Assembly (NCBI GenBank): GCA_963666565.1
Contig: OY762911.1
Coordinates: 4,416,001-4,480,000 of the forward strand
Length of the DNA stretch: 64,000 bases
Direction: 5' to 3'
Origin: Thermoanaerobaculia bacterium
Lineage (GTDB): Bacteria; Acidobacteriota; Thermoanaerobaculia; Multivoradales; Multivoraceae
Position 1 is the first letter of the stretch. Each line of letters starts with the position of its first letter. The notes beneath the pieces were generated by a model. The model had not been told where the DNA came from. It saw nothing but the letters and a program-made list of their open reading frames with translations, and did no database searches. Below, piece by piece: positions 1-8,252 of the stretch. The position numbers and the translations under genes are program-made.

Positions 1-1539
1 GAGACCTGGACCGACCTCGCCGCCGGCCTGCCGCGCGGTCCGCTCGCCAACGTCCACGCCATCCGCGAGGATCCGGAGCAGGCCGGACTCCTGTTCCTGG
101 GCGCCGAGAACGCGCTCCACGTCTCCTTCGACGACGGCGCGAACTGGCGAAGCCTGTCCCGCCGCAGCGACGGCGCCCCGAACCTGGCGCCAGCGCCCGT
201 CCACTGGATCGAGGTCCAGGAACACTTCGACGATCTGGTCGTCGCCACCTACGGCCGCGGCATCTGGATCCTCGACGACCTGACGCCCCTGCGCGAGATC
301 GCCCGCGGCCTGACGGATCGCGGCCCGGCCCTCTTGCCGCCCCGCGCCGCCTACCGCTTCCGCACCCGCGGCGCGCCGATGGCCCAGCCCGACGTCCCGG
401 CCACCGGCACGAACCCGCCCTACGGCGCCCTGCTCCACTACTGGGTCCCGCCGCCTCCCGCCCCGCCGGGTGCGCGGGTCTTCCGACCCGCTTCCGGGGA
501 AAGCGCGCTGGGTGCGCGGGTCTTCCGACCCGCATCCGGGAAGACCGCGCCGGGTGCGCGAGTCTTCCCGCCCGCATCCGGCGAAACCGCACTGGGTACG
601 CGGGTCTTCCGACCCGCATCGGGGGAGACCGCGACGATCCGCATCCGCGACGCCGGCGGCAACCTCGTCCGCACCCTCGACGGTCTCCCCTCGGCGCCGG
701 GCCTCCACCGCGTCACCTGGGACCTGCGCCACGACCCGACCGCCCAGGTCCGGCTGCGCTCGAAGCCGGACGAGCGGCCCGACTGGGAGATGCCGGACCA
801 GGGCTGGCGGCCCCTGCCCGACGGCGGCCGTTTCTCCATGCTGGCGGCGCCGGGCAGCTACACGATCGAACTCGTACTTCCTGGCGGCGGCGGCGACAGC
901 GACAGGAGCAGCGCGGACGAGGGCGAGACGCCTCCCCCGAGCGAGGCCGGCAGCGCGGACGAGAGCGAGGCGGCGCCGCAGACTGACGGCGACGCGGAAG
1001 AGGACGGCTATCCGGCGTCGACGGTCCATCTCGACGTCATGCTCGACCCGGACTCCACCGCCTCCGCCGCCGACCTGGCCGCGCAGCAGGCCCTGCTCGT
1101 CGAGATCCGCGACGGCATCGAACGCGCCGCATACCTCCTCAACGAAGCCGAGCGTCTCCGCCGCGACCTGCGCCAGCTCGAGGATCGCCTCATGGACGAA
1201 GGCGGCAGCATCGAGATCTCCGAAGCGACCGACCGGGTCACCGCGCTACGGCAGGACCTCCGCTCGATCGAGGAGACGTTCTTCGACCTCCGCCTGACCG
1301 GTACCGGCCAGGATTCGCTGCGCTGGCCGCGCCGGCTCTACGCCCGGCTGACCTACCTCGCCCGCTCGGTCGCCCAGACCGACGCGAGGCCGACGGATCA
1401 GCAGGCGGCGGTGTGGGAGCTGCTCGCGGGCCAGCTCGCCGAACAGGAGCAGCGGTTCGACGCCACGCTTGCCGGCCCGCTGGCGGACCTGAACCGGACC
1501 CTTGCCGACAGCGGATTCCTGCTGGTGGCCCCTCCTTGA
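1..1539 (+). CDS. VPS10/BNR-repeat (sortilin-like) glycosyl hydrolase, C-terminal part; 5' end outside window
   Basis: Frame is open from base 1 (ETWTDL..AIREDP..LLFLGAE..VSFDDGANW..DLVVATYGRGIWILDDL), followed by GLHRVTWDLR, PGSYTIEL and a helical tail typical of this family. Confidence 0.85.
   Translation, partial: ETWTDLAAGLPRGPLANVHAIREDPEQAGLLFLGAENALHVSFDDGANWRSLSRRSDGAPNLAPAPVHWIEVQEHFDDLVVATYGRGIWILDDLTPLREIARGLTDRGPALLPPRAAYRFRTRGAPMAQPDVPATGTNPPYGALLHYWVPPPPAPPGARVFRPASGESALGARVFRPASGKTAPGARVFPPASGETALGTRVFRPASGETATIRIRDAGGNLVRTLDGLPSAPGLHRVTWDLRHDPTAQVRLRSKPDERPDWEMPDQGWRPLPDGGRFSMLAAPGSYTIELVLPGGGGDSDRSSADEGETPPPSEAGSADESEAAPQTDGDAEEDGYPASTVHLDVMLDPDSTASAADLAAQQALLVEIRDGIERAAYLLNEAERLRRDLRQLEDRLMDEGGSIEISEATDRVTALRQDLRSIEETFFDLRLTGTGQDSLRWPRRLYARLTYLARSVAQTDARPTDQQAAVWELLAGQLAEQEQRFDATLAGPLADLNRTLADSGFLLVAPP
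466..633 (+). repeat. 4 x 42-bp tandem array of REP-like hairpin, in frame inside the CDS
   Basis: Units start at 466, 508, 550, 592; core GGGTGCGCGGGTCTTCCGACCCGC; translates as GARVFRPASGxxAx. Confidence 0.95.
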
Positions 1540-1620
1540 CCCCGACCGCGGTCCAACCTCCGCCCCGCTTCCAGCCGACCTGCCCACGCGGCGCGTCCCG
1601 CGCCATCCGCGTCGCACTCC

Positions 1621-2559
1621 ATGCTTCCGTCTAGCTCCAGCGCACCCACGGCCGCCTCTCCCCGGCAGCGCCGCATCGAGGCCAGCGGCACCGAGCTCGC
1701 GGTCTACGAGTGGGGCCGACCCGACGCCCCGGCGATCCTCCTCGCGCACGGCATCCAGGACTTCGCGCTCACGCTCGCCCCCGTCGCGGAAGCCCTCGCC
1801 GCCGACCACCGGGTCATCGCCTACGACCTGCGCGGCCACGGCGAGAGCGCGCATCCCGGCATCTACACGATGGCCCACCACATCGCCGACCTGCACGCCG
1901 TCTTCCTCGACTGCGAACTCGACCGGCCCATCGTCGTCGGCCACAGCCTCGGCGGCCAAGTCGTCGCCCAGTGGGCCGGCATCTTCGCCGAGTTGCCGCG
2001 CGCGGTCGTCCTGATCGAGGGCCTCGGCCCGCCCTACGCGCTGAACCGGTTCCCGGAGGAGGTCAAGCAGAAGCGGGCCAGGAACGCGATCGAGTCGCTG
2101 ACCCACCCGCGGAAGCACCGGCTGGTCGCCTCGAAGGACCACGCCCGGGAGCTCCTCCAGCGCGTCCATCCCCGCCTCGACCCGGACCGCGCCCGCGAGT
2201 TCGTCGAACTGGGCACCCGCCCCCTGCCGGGCGGCGGCCTGGAATGGAAGTGGGACCCCCAGGTCGTCACGACCTGGATGTCGAACGTGCCGGAGGCCTC
2301 CGAGGAACGCTGGTCCTGGGTCGCCTGCCCCGCGCTCATCCTGACCGCCGCCCTGGCCAACGAGTTCTGGAGCGGCCGCCGCGGCGTCGACGAACAGCAC
2401 GCCACCCCCGAACCCGAAGAGATCGCCCGCCGCGTCGCCCTCTTCCGCCGCGGCGAACACGAGGAGATCGAAGGCGCCGGCCACATGGTCCACTACGACG
2501 TCCCGGACCGGCTCGTGGCCACCGTCCGCCGCTTCCTGCACCGCTTGCCGGCGGCGTAG
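1621..2559 (+). CDS. alpha/beta hydrolase
   Basis: LAHG, DLRGHGES, GHSLGG nucleophile elbow, GAGHMVH. Confidence 0.9.
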   Translation: MLPSSSSAPTAASPRQRRIEASGTELAVYEWGRPDAPAILLAHGIQDFALTLAPVAEALAADHRVIAYDLRGHGESAHPGIYTMAHHIADLHAVFLDCELDRPIVVGHSLGGQVVAQWAGIFAELPRAVVLIEGLGPPYALNRFPEEVKQKRARNAIESLTHPRKHRLVASKDHARELLQRVHPRLDPDRAREFVELGTRPLPGGGLEWKWDPQVVTTWMSNVPEASEERWSWVACPALILTAALANEFWSGRRGVDEQHATPEPEEIARRVALFRRGEHEEIEGAGHMVHYDVPDRLVATVRRFLHRLPAA

Positions 2560-2565
2560 CGCCGT

Positions 2566-3117
2566 TCACGCGCCGTTTCGCGCGAGAGGAAAGGTCGCCT
2601 CGATCGTGTAGCGCGCCCCCGACGGGTGCAAGATGCTTGAGTACAGATGAAACTCCGAGACGTCGCGAACCGGGCTCCGGAACAGCGAGTGGAAGGCCAG
2701 ATACCTCTGCAGGTCGGCGGGCGGGGGCGGCCGGCGAAATCGAACCAGGCTGACGTGGGGATTGAACCTCCGTCGCTTCAGGGCAACGCCGGCTCGCCGA
2801 AGGGCGCGGGCGACGGCGCCGGCAAGAGCCGCGAGCTCGGCCTTCGGCGACGCGCCGGTCCAGAGCACCCGCGGAGCGCCGCGCCCGGGAACGCAGCCGA
2901 GGCCGTGAAGTTCGAGACCTATCGAGTCGGCCTCGATCTCGGCCAGGGCATCTTCGATCCGCTCGACCGCCGGGCCATCGACCTCGCCGATGAACGCGAG
3001 CGTGAGATGCAGAGCGTCCTCGTCCAGCCAGCGGGCGTTGCGCAGGCCGGACTGCAGGCTTCGGGCAGCCGCCTTCAACTCCGGAGGCAAGTCGAGGGCA
3101 ACGAACAGGCGCGGCAA
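2566..3117 (-). CDS. thpR: RNA 2',3'-cyclic phosphodiesterase (2H family)
   Basis: TTG start then PRLFVAL; two HxT/S motifs (LHLTLAFIG, PHVSLVR); ends GARYTIEATFPL. Confidence 0.9.
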   Translation of the reverse strand: MPRLFVALDLPPELKAAARSLQSGLRNARWLDEDALHLTLAFIGEVDGPAVERIEDALAEIEADSIGLELHGLGCVPGRGAPRVLWTGASPKAELAALAGAVARALRRAGVALKRRRFNPHVSLVRFRRPPPPADLQRYLAFHSLFRSPVRDVSEFHLYSSILHPSGARYTIEATFPLARNGA

Positions 3118-3238
3118 CGAGGGTTCTACTCCCCGCAACCCGATGTTGCGCAGCCGCGTACGGGAGCGGGTGTCCCGAAGCTGGCCAGAAGGCCGGCGCA
3201 CGAGTCGCGGAGGACACGCGGTCCGCTCGTTGAACCGC

Positions 3239-4504
3239 TCAATCGGGAGGATTCGCGGCGAAGATGGTCAACCGCAGTTCATTGCCGAAGAGCTCGTACT
3301 CGGGGAGGCGGCCGGAGTGCTCCTCGCTGCGCCGAAGGATAACGTTCACCCCTTCGCCCCGGCGGTCCATGAAGGTCACTCGCGGCGACTCGAGAAACGG
3401 GATGTCGTCCGGAATCCGGCAGCGCGCGAGGATGCTCGTCACCGTCCCGTTGCGCGAGTACTGACGATACGCGAGATCCGCCAACTCCATTCCGTTCGGC
3501 GGGGCGCCGGGCGAGTAGAGTTCCAGCCGGTCATCGAACATTCGAAGCCGGATTCGGGACCCATAGACCGAGTAGTCGCGGTGCGCTACCGCGTTGACCA
3601 GCGCCTCCAGCACGGCGGCCATGTCGTACTGGGGAATGTCGTGCCGTCCGATCGTCTTGCGGGCGGCCACGCGCTGGTTGCGGGCCACGAACCTGCAGGC
3701 GAGTTCGACCTGCCGGTCGAGTGAGCCGTGACAGTCCGCCGCGTCCAGTTGGTAGTTGGCGGCCGAAAGCGCGTCACCGATGCTCCCGCCACGATAAGCC
3801 ACTGCCTGAACGTAGAAGTTCGGGAACCACCGCTCGGACTCCGTGGAGGCGACCAACACTCCGGCCAGGGTGGGGACGAACGATCCGTCGTCAGCCTGCT
3901 TCGCGAGGCCCAGCTTCGAAGCCAGAACCTCCCGCGAGTCTTCGGTCCGCGGCGTTCGGAAACGATCCACCAGACCCGCGTCCAGGGCTTCGAAGGTCGC
4001 CCCCTCCACGATTCCCTGATCGAAGGACGGAAGACGGGTCTGACTGCGCTCCTGGATCAGCCGCACCAGCACGTTCGGCGGGATGGCCATGGCCGAGTCG
4101 GCCTGGCGGCGGAAGTAGCCGCCCGGACTCTTGTGGAGGAAGAGGCTCGGCCGAACCTCGACAGCCACGACACACCGGAGCACGCCGTCCGCGTCGGGCA
4201 GTTCCAGGCTTTCGACCCGCACGTCCAGGGGCGGGTCGATCGAATCCCGGCTGATCTCCCGCACGAAGCCCACGACCTGGCCAACGCGCTCGGTCGGAAT
4301 CCCGACGATCTCCCGGGTCCGATCCTCGACGCCGAGAACGAGCATGCCCCCATAGGCGTTGGCGAAGGCGGCCAGGTCGTCACTCAAGTCGCTCCGGCGG
4401 GGCCCCTTGATCTTCCCACCGGCGAAGACGACCTCCTTCAGCTCCAGGTGGCTGTCCTCGGCACGCCGGATCCTCGCCAGCAGTTCGGCCAGGCTCTCAG
4501 GCAT
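3239..4504 (-). CDS. Schlafen/AlbA_2 domain + HATPase_c_4 protein
   Basis: EDSHLELKE, AAFANAYGG..LVLGVED, EALVNAVAHRDY, DRLELYSPG, MDRRGEG. Confidence 0.85.
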   Translation of the reverse strand: MPESLAELLARIRRAEDSHLELKEVVFAGGKIKGPRRSDLSDDLAAFANAYGGMLVLGVEDRTREIVGIPTERVGQVVGFVREISRDSIDPPLDVRVESLELPDADGVLRCVVAVEVRPSLFLHKSPGGYFRRQADSAMAIPPNVLVRLIQERSQTRLPSFDQGIVEGATFEALDAGLVDRFRTPRTEDSREVLASKLGLAKQADDGSFVPTLAGVLVASTESERWFPNFYVQAVAYRGGSIGDALSAANYQLDAADCHGSLDRQVELACRFVARNQRVAARKTIGRHDIPQYDMAAVLEALVNAVAHRDYSVYGSRIRLRMFDDRLELYSPGAPPNGMELADLAYRQYSRNGTVTSILARCRIPDDIPFLESPRVTFMDRRGEGVNVILRRSEEHSGRLPEYELFGNELRLTIFAANPPD

Positions 4505-4534
4505 CTTGCTGTTCCCGGCACAAGGCGGAAGGCC

Positions 4535-5605
4535 TCACCGCTGTTGCTCGACCTGGTCGCCCAGGAGGTTGGTGAGCAGGTCGGCCAGGCGGTAGCCGGC
4601 GAGGGCGGCGCGCTGCAAGGAGATGCCGTAGGCCCGGTCGGCGTAGGCGTTCGACGGCGCTTCGCCCCGTTCGAGGTCGGGGGGATAGAGCGATTCGCGG
4701 ACGATCCGGTTCGACTCTCTTGCCCAGGCCTCGAAGTCGCCCGACTTGAGGTTCGCGCGGACAGCATCGTCGAGCGGGTAGCGGCCGCGAGCCTCGGCGG
4801 CGACCCGGTCCTTGTGGGCCTCGTACTCGCGGTCGCGGGCCTCTCCGAAGGCCCTCCAGAACCGCTCGGGCAGCGGCTCGCCGGCTCGGGATGCGAATCC
4901 GGCGAGCGCCTGCCGCCGGTGCTCCGCCCTGAACCGGCCGTCGAGGGCGCCGTCCCAGAAGGCGTGGAGGTTGCGGTTCCAGTCGTCGAGCGCGAAACCG
5001 TTGCCGCCGCGGTCGCCTTCGCGCTCGTCCGGCCGGGAGGTGACCCGCGACGCTGCGTGGAGCGGCTGGTGCACGTCGCCGACGAGGTGGAAGATCCAGG
5101 CCAGGTGGATGGCGCGCTTGCCTGGACGCCCGGACGTGTCGGCGACGGACCGCGCAAGCTCGACCAACTGGCTCACCGCGTTGGGCTCCGCTACCGGCAG
5201 GCCCGTGTCGTGCGCCGACCCGTCGGCGCCCTGGCGCCAAGTCCACCCGATGTAGTGCCAGGTCGGCCGGTTGTACTTGTCGAGCTGCCGCGCCAGATCC
5301 GGCCAGTAGGCGGCGCGCTCGAACAGGAGCCGGTCACCGTCCTCGGCGCTTTCGGCGTCCCCCAGCCGATACGCGAACCGCCCGCAGCCCCGGCGGCGAT
5401 CCTGGTTCAGGTCGAGACAGTGCATCAGGCTGTCTCCGGGCGCCTGCCTGAACAGGGCCAGGACCCGGCTCCGAACCTCCGGCTCCAGTTCCTGCCACGC
5501 GATCCGCGCCACGACCTCGTGGCCGAAATCGTTCCAGGCGTGGCTCGGAGGGGCGGCCGTCAGACTGGCCACAAGCATGGTCAAGGCGACTTGTCGGAAG
5601 AGCAT
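4535..5605 (-). CDS. S1/P1 nuclease, secreted
   Basis: Signal peptide then AWNDFGHEVVARIA, WPD, WHYI, HLVGDVHQPLH, DRGGN, NLHAFWD, AGYRLADLL. Confidence 0.92.
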   Translation of the reverse strand: MLFRQVALTMLVASLTAAPPSHAWNDFGHEVVARIAWQELEPEVRSRVLALFRQAPGDSLMHCLDLNQDRRRGCGRFAYRLGDAESAEDGDRLLFERAAYWPDLARQLDKYNRPTWHYIGWTWRQGADGSAHDTGLPVAEPNAVSQLVELARSVADTSGRPGKRAIHLAWIFHLVGDVHQPLHAASRVTSRPDEREGDRGGNGFALDDWNRNLHAFWDGALDGRFRAEHRRQALAGFASRAGEPLPERFWRAFGEARDREYEAHKDRVAAEARGRYPLDDAVRANLKSGDFEAWARESNRIVRESLYPPDLERGEAPSNAYADRAYGISLQRAALAGYRLADLLTNLLGDQVEQQR

Positions 5606-5671
5606 GAGAGGAGTGTACAGACGTTGATAAAGTGCGCGCCGGTCCGGCCCCTGGCAGAAGCTCCGCGCACC

Positions 5672-7198
5672 GTGCTCCACGTTCAGAACTTCACGCTCTA
5701 CGACGTTCTCGTCCGCAACGCGACGGCGTTCGGCGACCGGCTCGCGCTGGTCGCGGAGGACGGCGAGGAGCGGAGCTTCGCGGAACTTCGGGGCCGCGTC
5801 GACGCCCTCGCCGCGGGGCTCGACGGTCTCGGCCTCGCGGCCGGCGACCGGCTCGCGGTGCTCGCCCAGAACTCGGCGGCCTACGTCGAGTTGTACTTCG
5901 CGTGCGCCCGCCAGGGCATCGTCGTCTACCCGATCAACTGGCGCCTCCAGCCGGGCGAGATCGAGATGCTGGTCCGCGAGCGGGCGAAGCCCCGGGCCTT
6001 CGTTGCCGGCGCGGACTTCCTCGACGCCGTGCCCGGCGGCCCCGGCGACGACGCGATCCCCCACTGGTTCCAGTTCGGCGACGATCCTGCGGCCGGCTAC
6101 GGCGCCCTCGACTCGCTCTACGACGCGGACGCGGCCAACGACCTGCCGCGGCCCAGCGTCTCCGCCGGCGACCCGTTCGCCGTCATCGCGACCGCCGCCG
6201 TCGACGTCATCCCGCGCGGCGCCCTGCTCAGCCACTCGAACCTGGTCTGGGCCAACCTGCAGGAGATCGCGTCGCTGGGCCTCGACGGCTCGGACCGCAA
6301 CCTGGTCGCCCTGCCGCTCTTCCACATCGCGGCGCTCGGCCACCTGCTGAGCGTCTTCCACGCGGGCGGCGCCAACGTGGTCACGGCGAAGTACGACCCG
6401 GTCCAGGCCGTCGACCTGATCGACCGCTACGCGATCACGATGATCAGCGACTTCCCGCCCGTTCTCGCGACCCTGCTCGACGCGGCGGCCGAGGCAGGCA
6501 CCCGCCTGCCGAGCCTTCGCCACGTCACCGGCCTCGACTCGCCGGACACGATGCAGCGGCTCCACGACGAAACGGACGCCACCTTCTGGGCCGGCTTCGG
6601 CCAGTGCGAGACGAGCGGCTTCGTCACCATCCAGAACGCCCGCGAGCGGCTCGGCTGCGCCGGCAAGGCGGCCGAACTCTGCACCGTCCGCCTGGTCGAC
6701 GACGACGACCGCGAGGTGCCGGCCGGCGAGGACGGCGAGATCGTCGTGCGCGGGCCTCTCGTCTTCCTGGGCTACGACGGGCAGCCCGACGTCACCGCCC
6801 ACACCTTCCGCGGCGGCTGGCACCACACGGGCGACATCGGCCGCTTCGACGAGGAAGGCAACCTGTTCTACGTCGCCCGCAAGCCCGAGAAGGAACTCAT
6901 CAAGCCCGGCGGCGAGAACGTCTACCCCGCCGAGGTGGAGGCCGCGATCCTCGAACTCGACGCCGTGCGCGGAGTCTGCGTCTTCGGCGTAGGCGACGAC
7001 CGCTGGGGCGAGGCGATCCGCGCCGTCGTCGAGGCCGCTCCGGATGCCGGTCTCGACCGGGAGTCGGTGCGCGAGCACGTCGGTTCCCGCATCGCCCGGT
7101 TCAAGCGGCCGCGCGACGTCATCTTCACCGGCGAGTTGCCCCGAAGCGGCGACAAGATCGACCGCGCCGCGGTCAAGGACCGCTGGGGAGACGCCTAG
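5672..7198 (+). CDS. AMP-dependent acyl-CoA synthetase
   Basis: GTG start; LPLFHI, FGQCETSG, GEIVVRGP, WHHTGDIG, IKPGGENVYPAEVE; divergent P-loop TAAVDVIPRG. Confidence 0.88.
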   Translation: MLHVQNFTLYDVLVRNATAFGDRLALVAEDGEERSFAELRGRVDALAAGLDGLGLAAGDRLAVLAQNSAAYVELYFACARQGIVVYPINWRLQPGEIEMLVRERAKPRAFVAGADFLDAVPGGPGDDAIPHWFQFGDDPAAGYGALDSLYDADAANDLPRPSVSAGDPFAVIATAAVDVIPRGALLSHSNLVWANLQEIASLGLDGSDRNLVALPLFHIAALGHLLSVFHAGGANVVTAKYDPVQAVDLIDRYAITMISDFPPVLATLLDAAAEAGTRLPSLRHVTGLDSPDTMQRLHDETDATFWAGFGQCETSGFVTIQNARERLGCAGKAAELCTVRLVDDDDREVPAGEDGEIVVRGPLVFLGYDGQPDVTAHTFRGGWHHTGDIGRFDEEGNLFYVARKPEKELIKPGGENVYPAEVEAAILELDAVRGVCVFGVGDDRWGEAIRAVVEAAPDAGLDRESVREHVGSRIARFKRPRDVIFTGELPRSGDKIDRAAVKDRWGDA

Positions 7199-7204
7199 CA
7201 GCTC

Positions 7205-8239
7205 GTGGCGAGAGCGCCGCGGGAAGCCGGTCCGGAACTGGTCGGGATCGAGAACGCGATCCTCGACCTGCTGGTCCGCGTGGAGGATCGGCACCTGGAC
7301 GAGATGGGTCTCGACAAGGGGATCATGAAGCTCGTCGCCGCCGCTGAGCAGGAAGCGATCCTCGATCACGTGCTGAAGCGCGACGGCGAGGTCCTGCAAC
7401 CCGAGATCGAGGCCGGCGGCTCCTGCGCCAACGTGCTGCGCGCCGCGTCCCTGCTCGGCGTCGACGCCAGCTACAGCTCGGCGGTCGCCGGCGACGACAC
7501 CGGCCGCCTGTTCGAGCGCGGCCTGGAGGTGAGCCGGGTGCGCAACCGGCTGGCGCGCATCGACGGCGTCACCGGCACCTCGGTCGTGCTGGTCACGCCC
7601 GACGGCGAACGGACGATGAACACCCACCTCGGCGTCTGCCGGCAGTACCGGCCGGAGCACGTGCCGGAAGACGAGATCCGGCGGTCGCGGATCTTCTTCA
7701 CAACCGGCTACATGTGGGACACCCCGAACCAGATCGACGCGATCGAGCACGCCATCGAGGTCGCCCGCGGCGCCGGCGTCAGGCTGGCGATCGACCTCGC
7801 CGATCCGTTCGCGGTCGGCCGCTCGCGGGACCATCTGCTGCGCCACAAGGAGCAAGGCTTCGACATCCTGTTCGCGAACGCCGAGGAGGCGCGGATGATG
7901 ACCGGACTGGCGCCCGAGGCCGCGGTCCGCGAGCTGGCGGAGACGATCGGGGTGGTCGCGGTCAAGGACGGCGTGTGCGGCGCCTGGGTGCGCCGGGGCG
8001 ACGAGGTCCACCACGTGCCGGCGCACCGGGTGGACGTCGTCGACACGACCGGAGCCGGCGACTGCTTCGCCGCCGGATTTCTCCACGGCCTGCTGCGGGG
8101 TCTGCCGGTCCGGATCTGCTGCGAGGTCGGCATCGCGATGGCGGCGGATACGATCACCCATCTTGGGGTCAAGCTGTCGCCGGACATCCGGGAACGGCTG
8201 GCGGCGATCGAACGGCGGGAAGCTGCAGCGGTCCAATGA
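7205..8239 (+). CDS. PfkB family (adenosine/carbohydrate) kinase
   Basis: GGSCAN, DGERTMNTHLG, FANAEEA, DTTGAGDCFAAGFL. Confidence 0.9.
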   Translation: MARAPREAGPELVGIENAILDLLVRVEDRHLDEMGLDKGIMKLVAAAEQEAILDHVLKRDGEVLQPEIEAGGSCANVLRAASLLGVDASYSSAVAGDDTGRLFERGLEVSRVRNRLARIDGVTGTSVVLVTPDGERTMNTHLGVCRQYRPEHVPEDEIRRSRIFFTTGYMWDTPNQIDAIEHAIEVARGAGVRLAIDLADPFAVGRSRDHLLRHKEQGFDILFANAEEARMMTGLAPEAAVRELAETIGVVAVKDGVCGAWVRRGDEVHHVPAHRVDVVDTTGAGDCFAAGFLHGLLRGLPVRICCEVGIAMAADTITHLGVKLSPDIRERLAAIERREAAAVQ

Positions 8240-8252
8240 CAGGAGAGACCAC

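Noticed and set aside
466-633. CRISPR array
   Set aside because: The units are near-identical tandem 42-mers with no unique spacers, lie in frame within a gene, and no cas genes are present.
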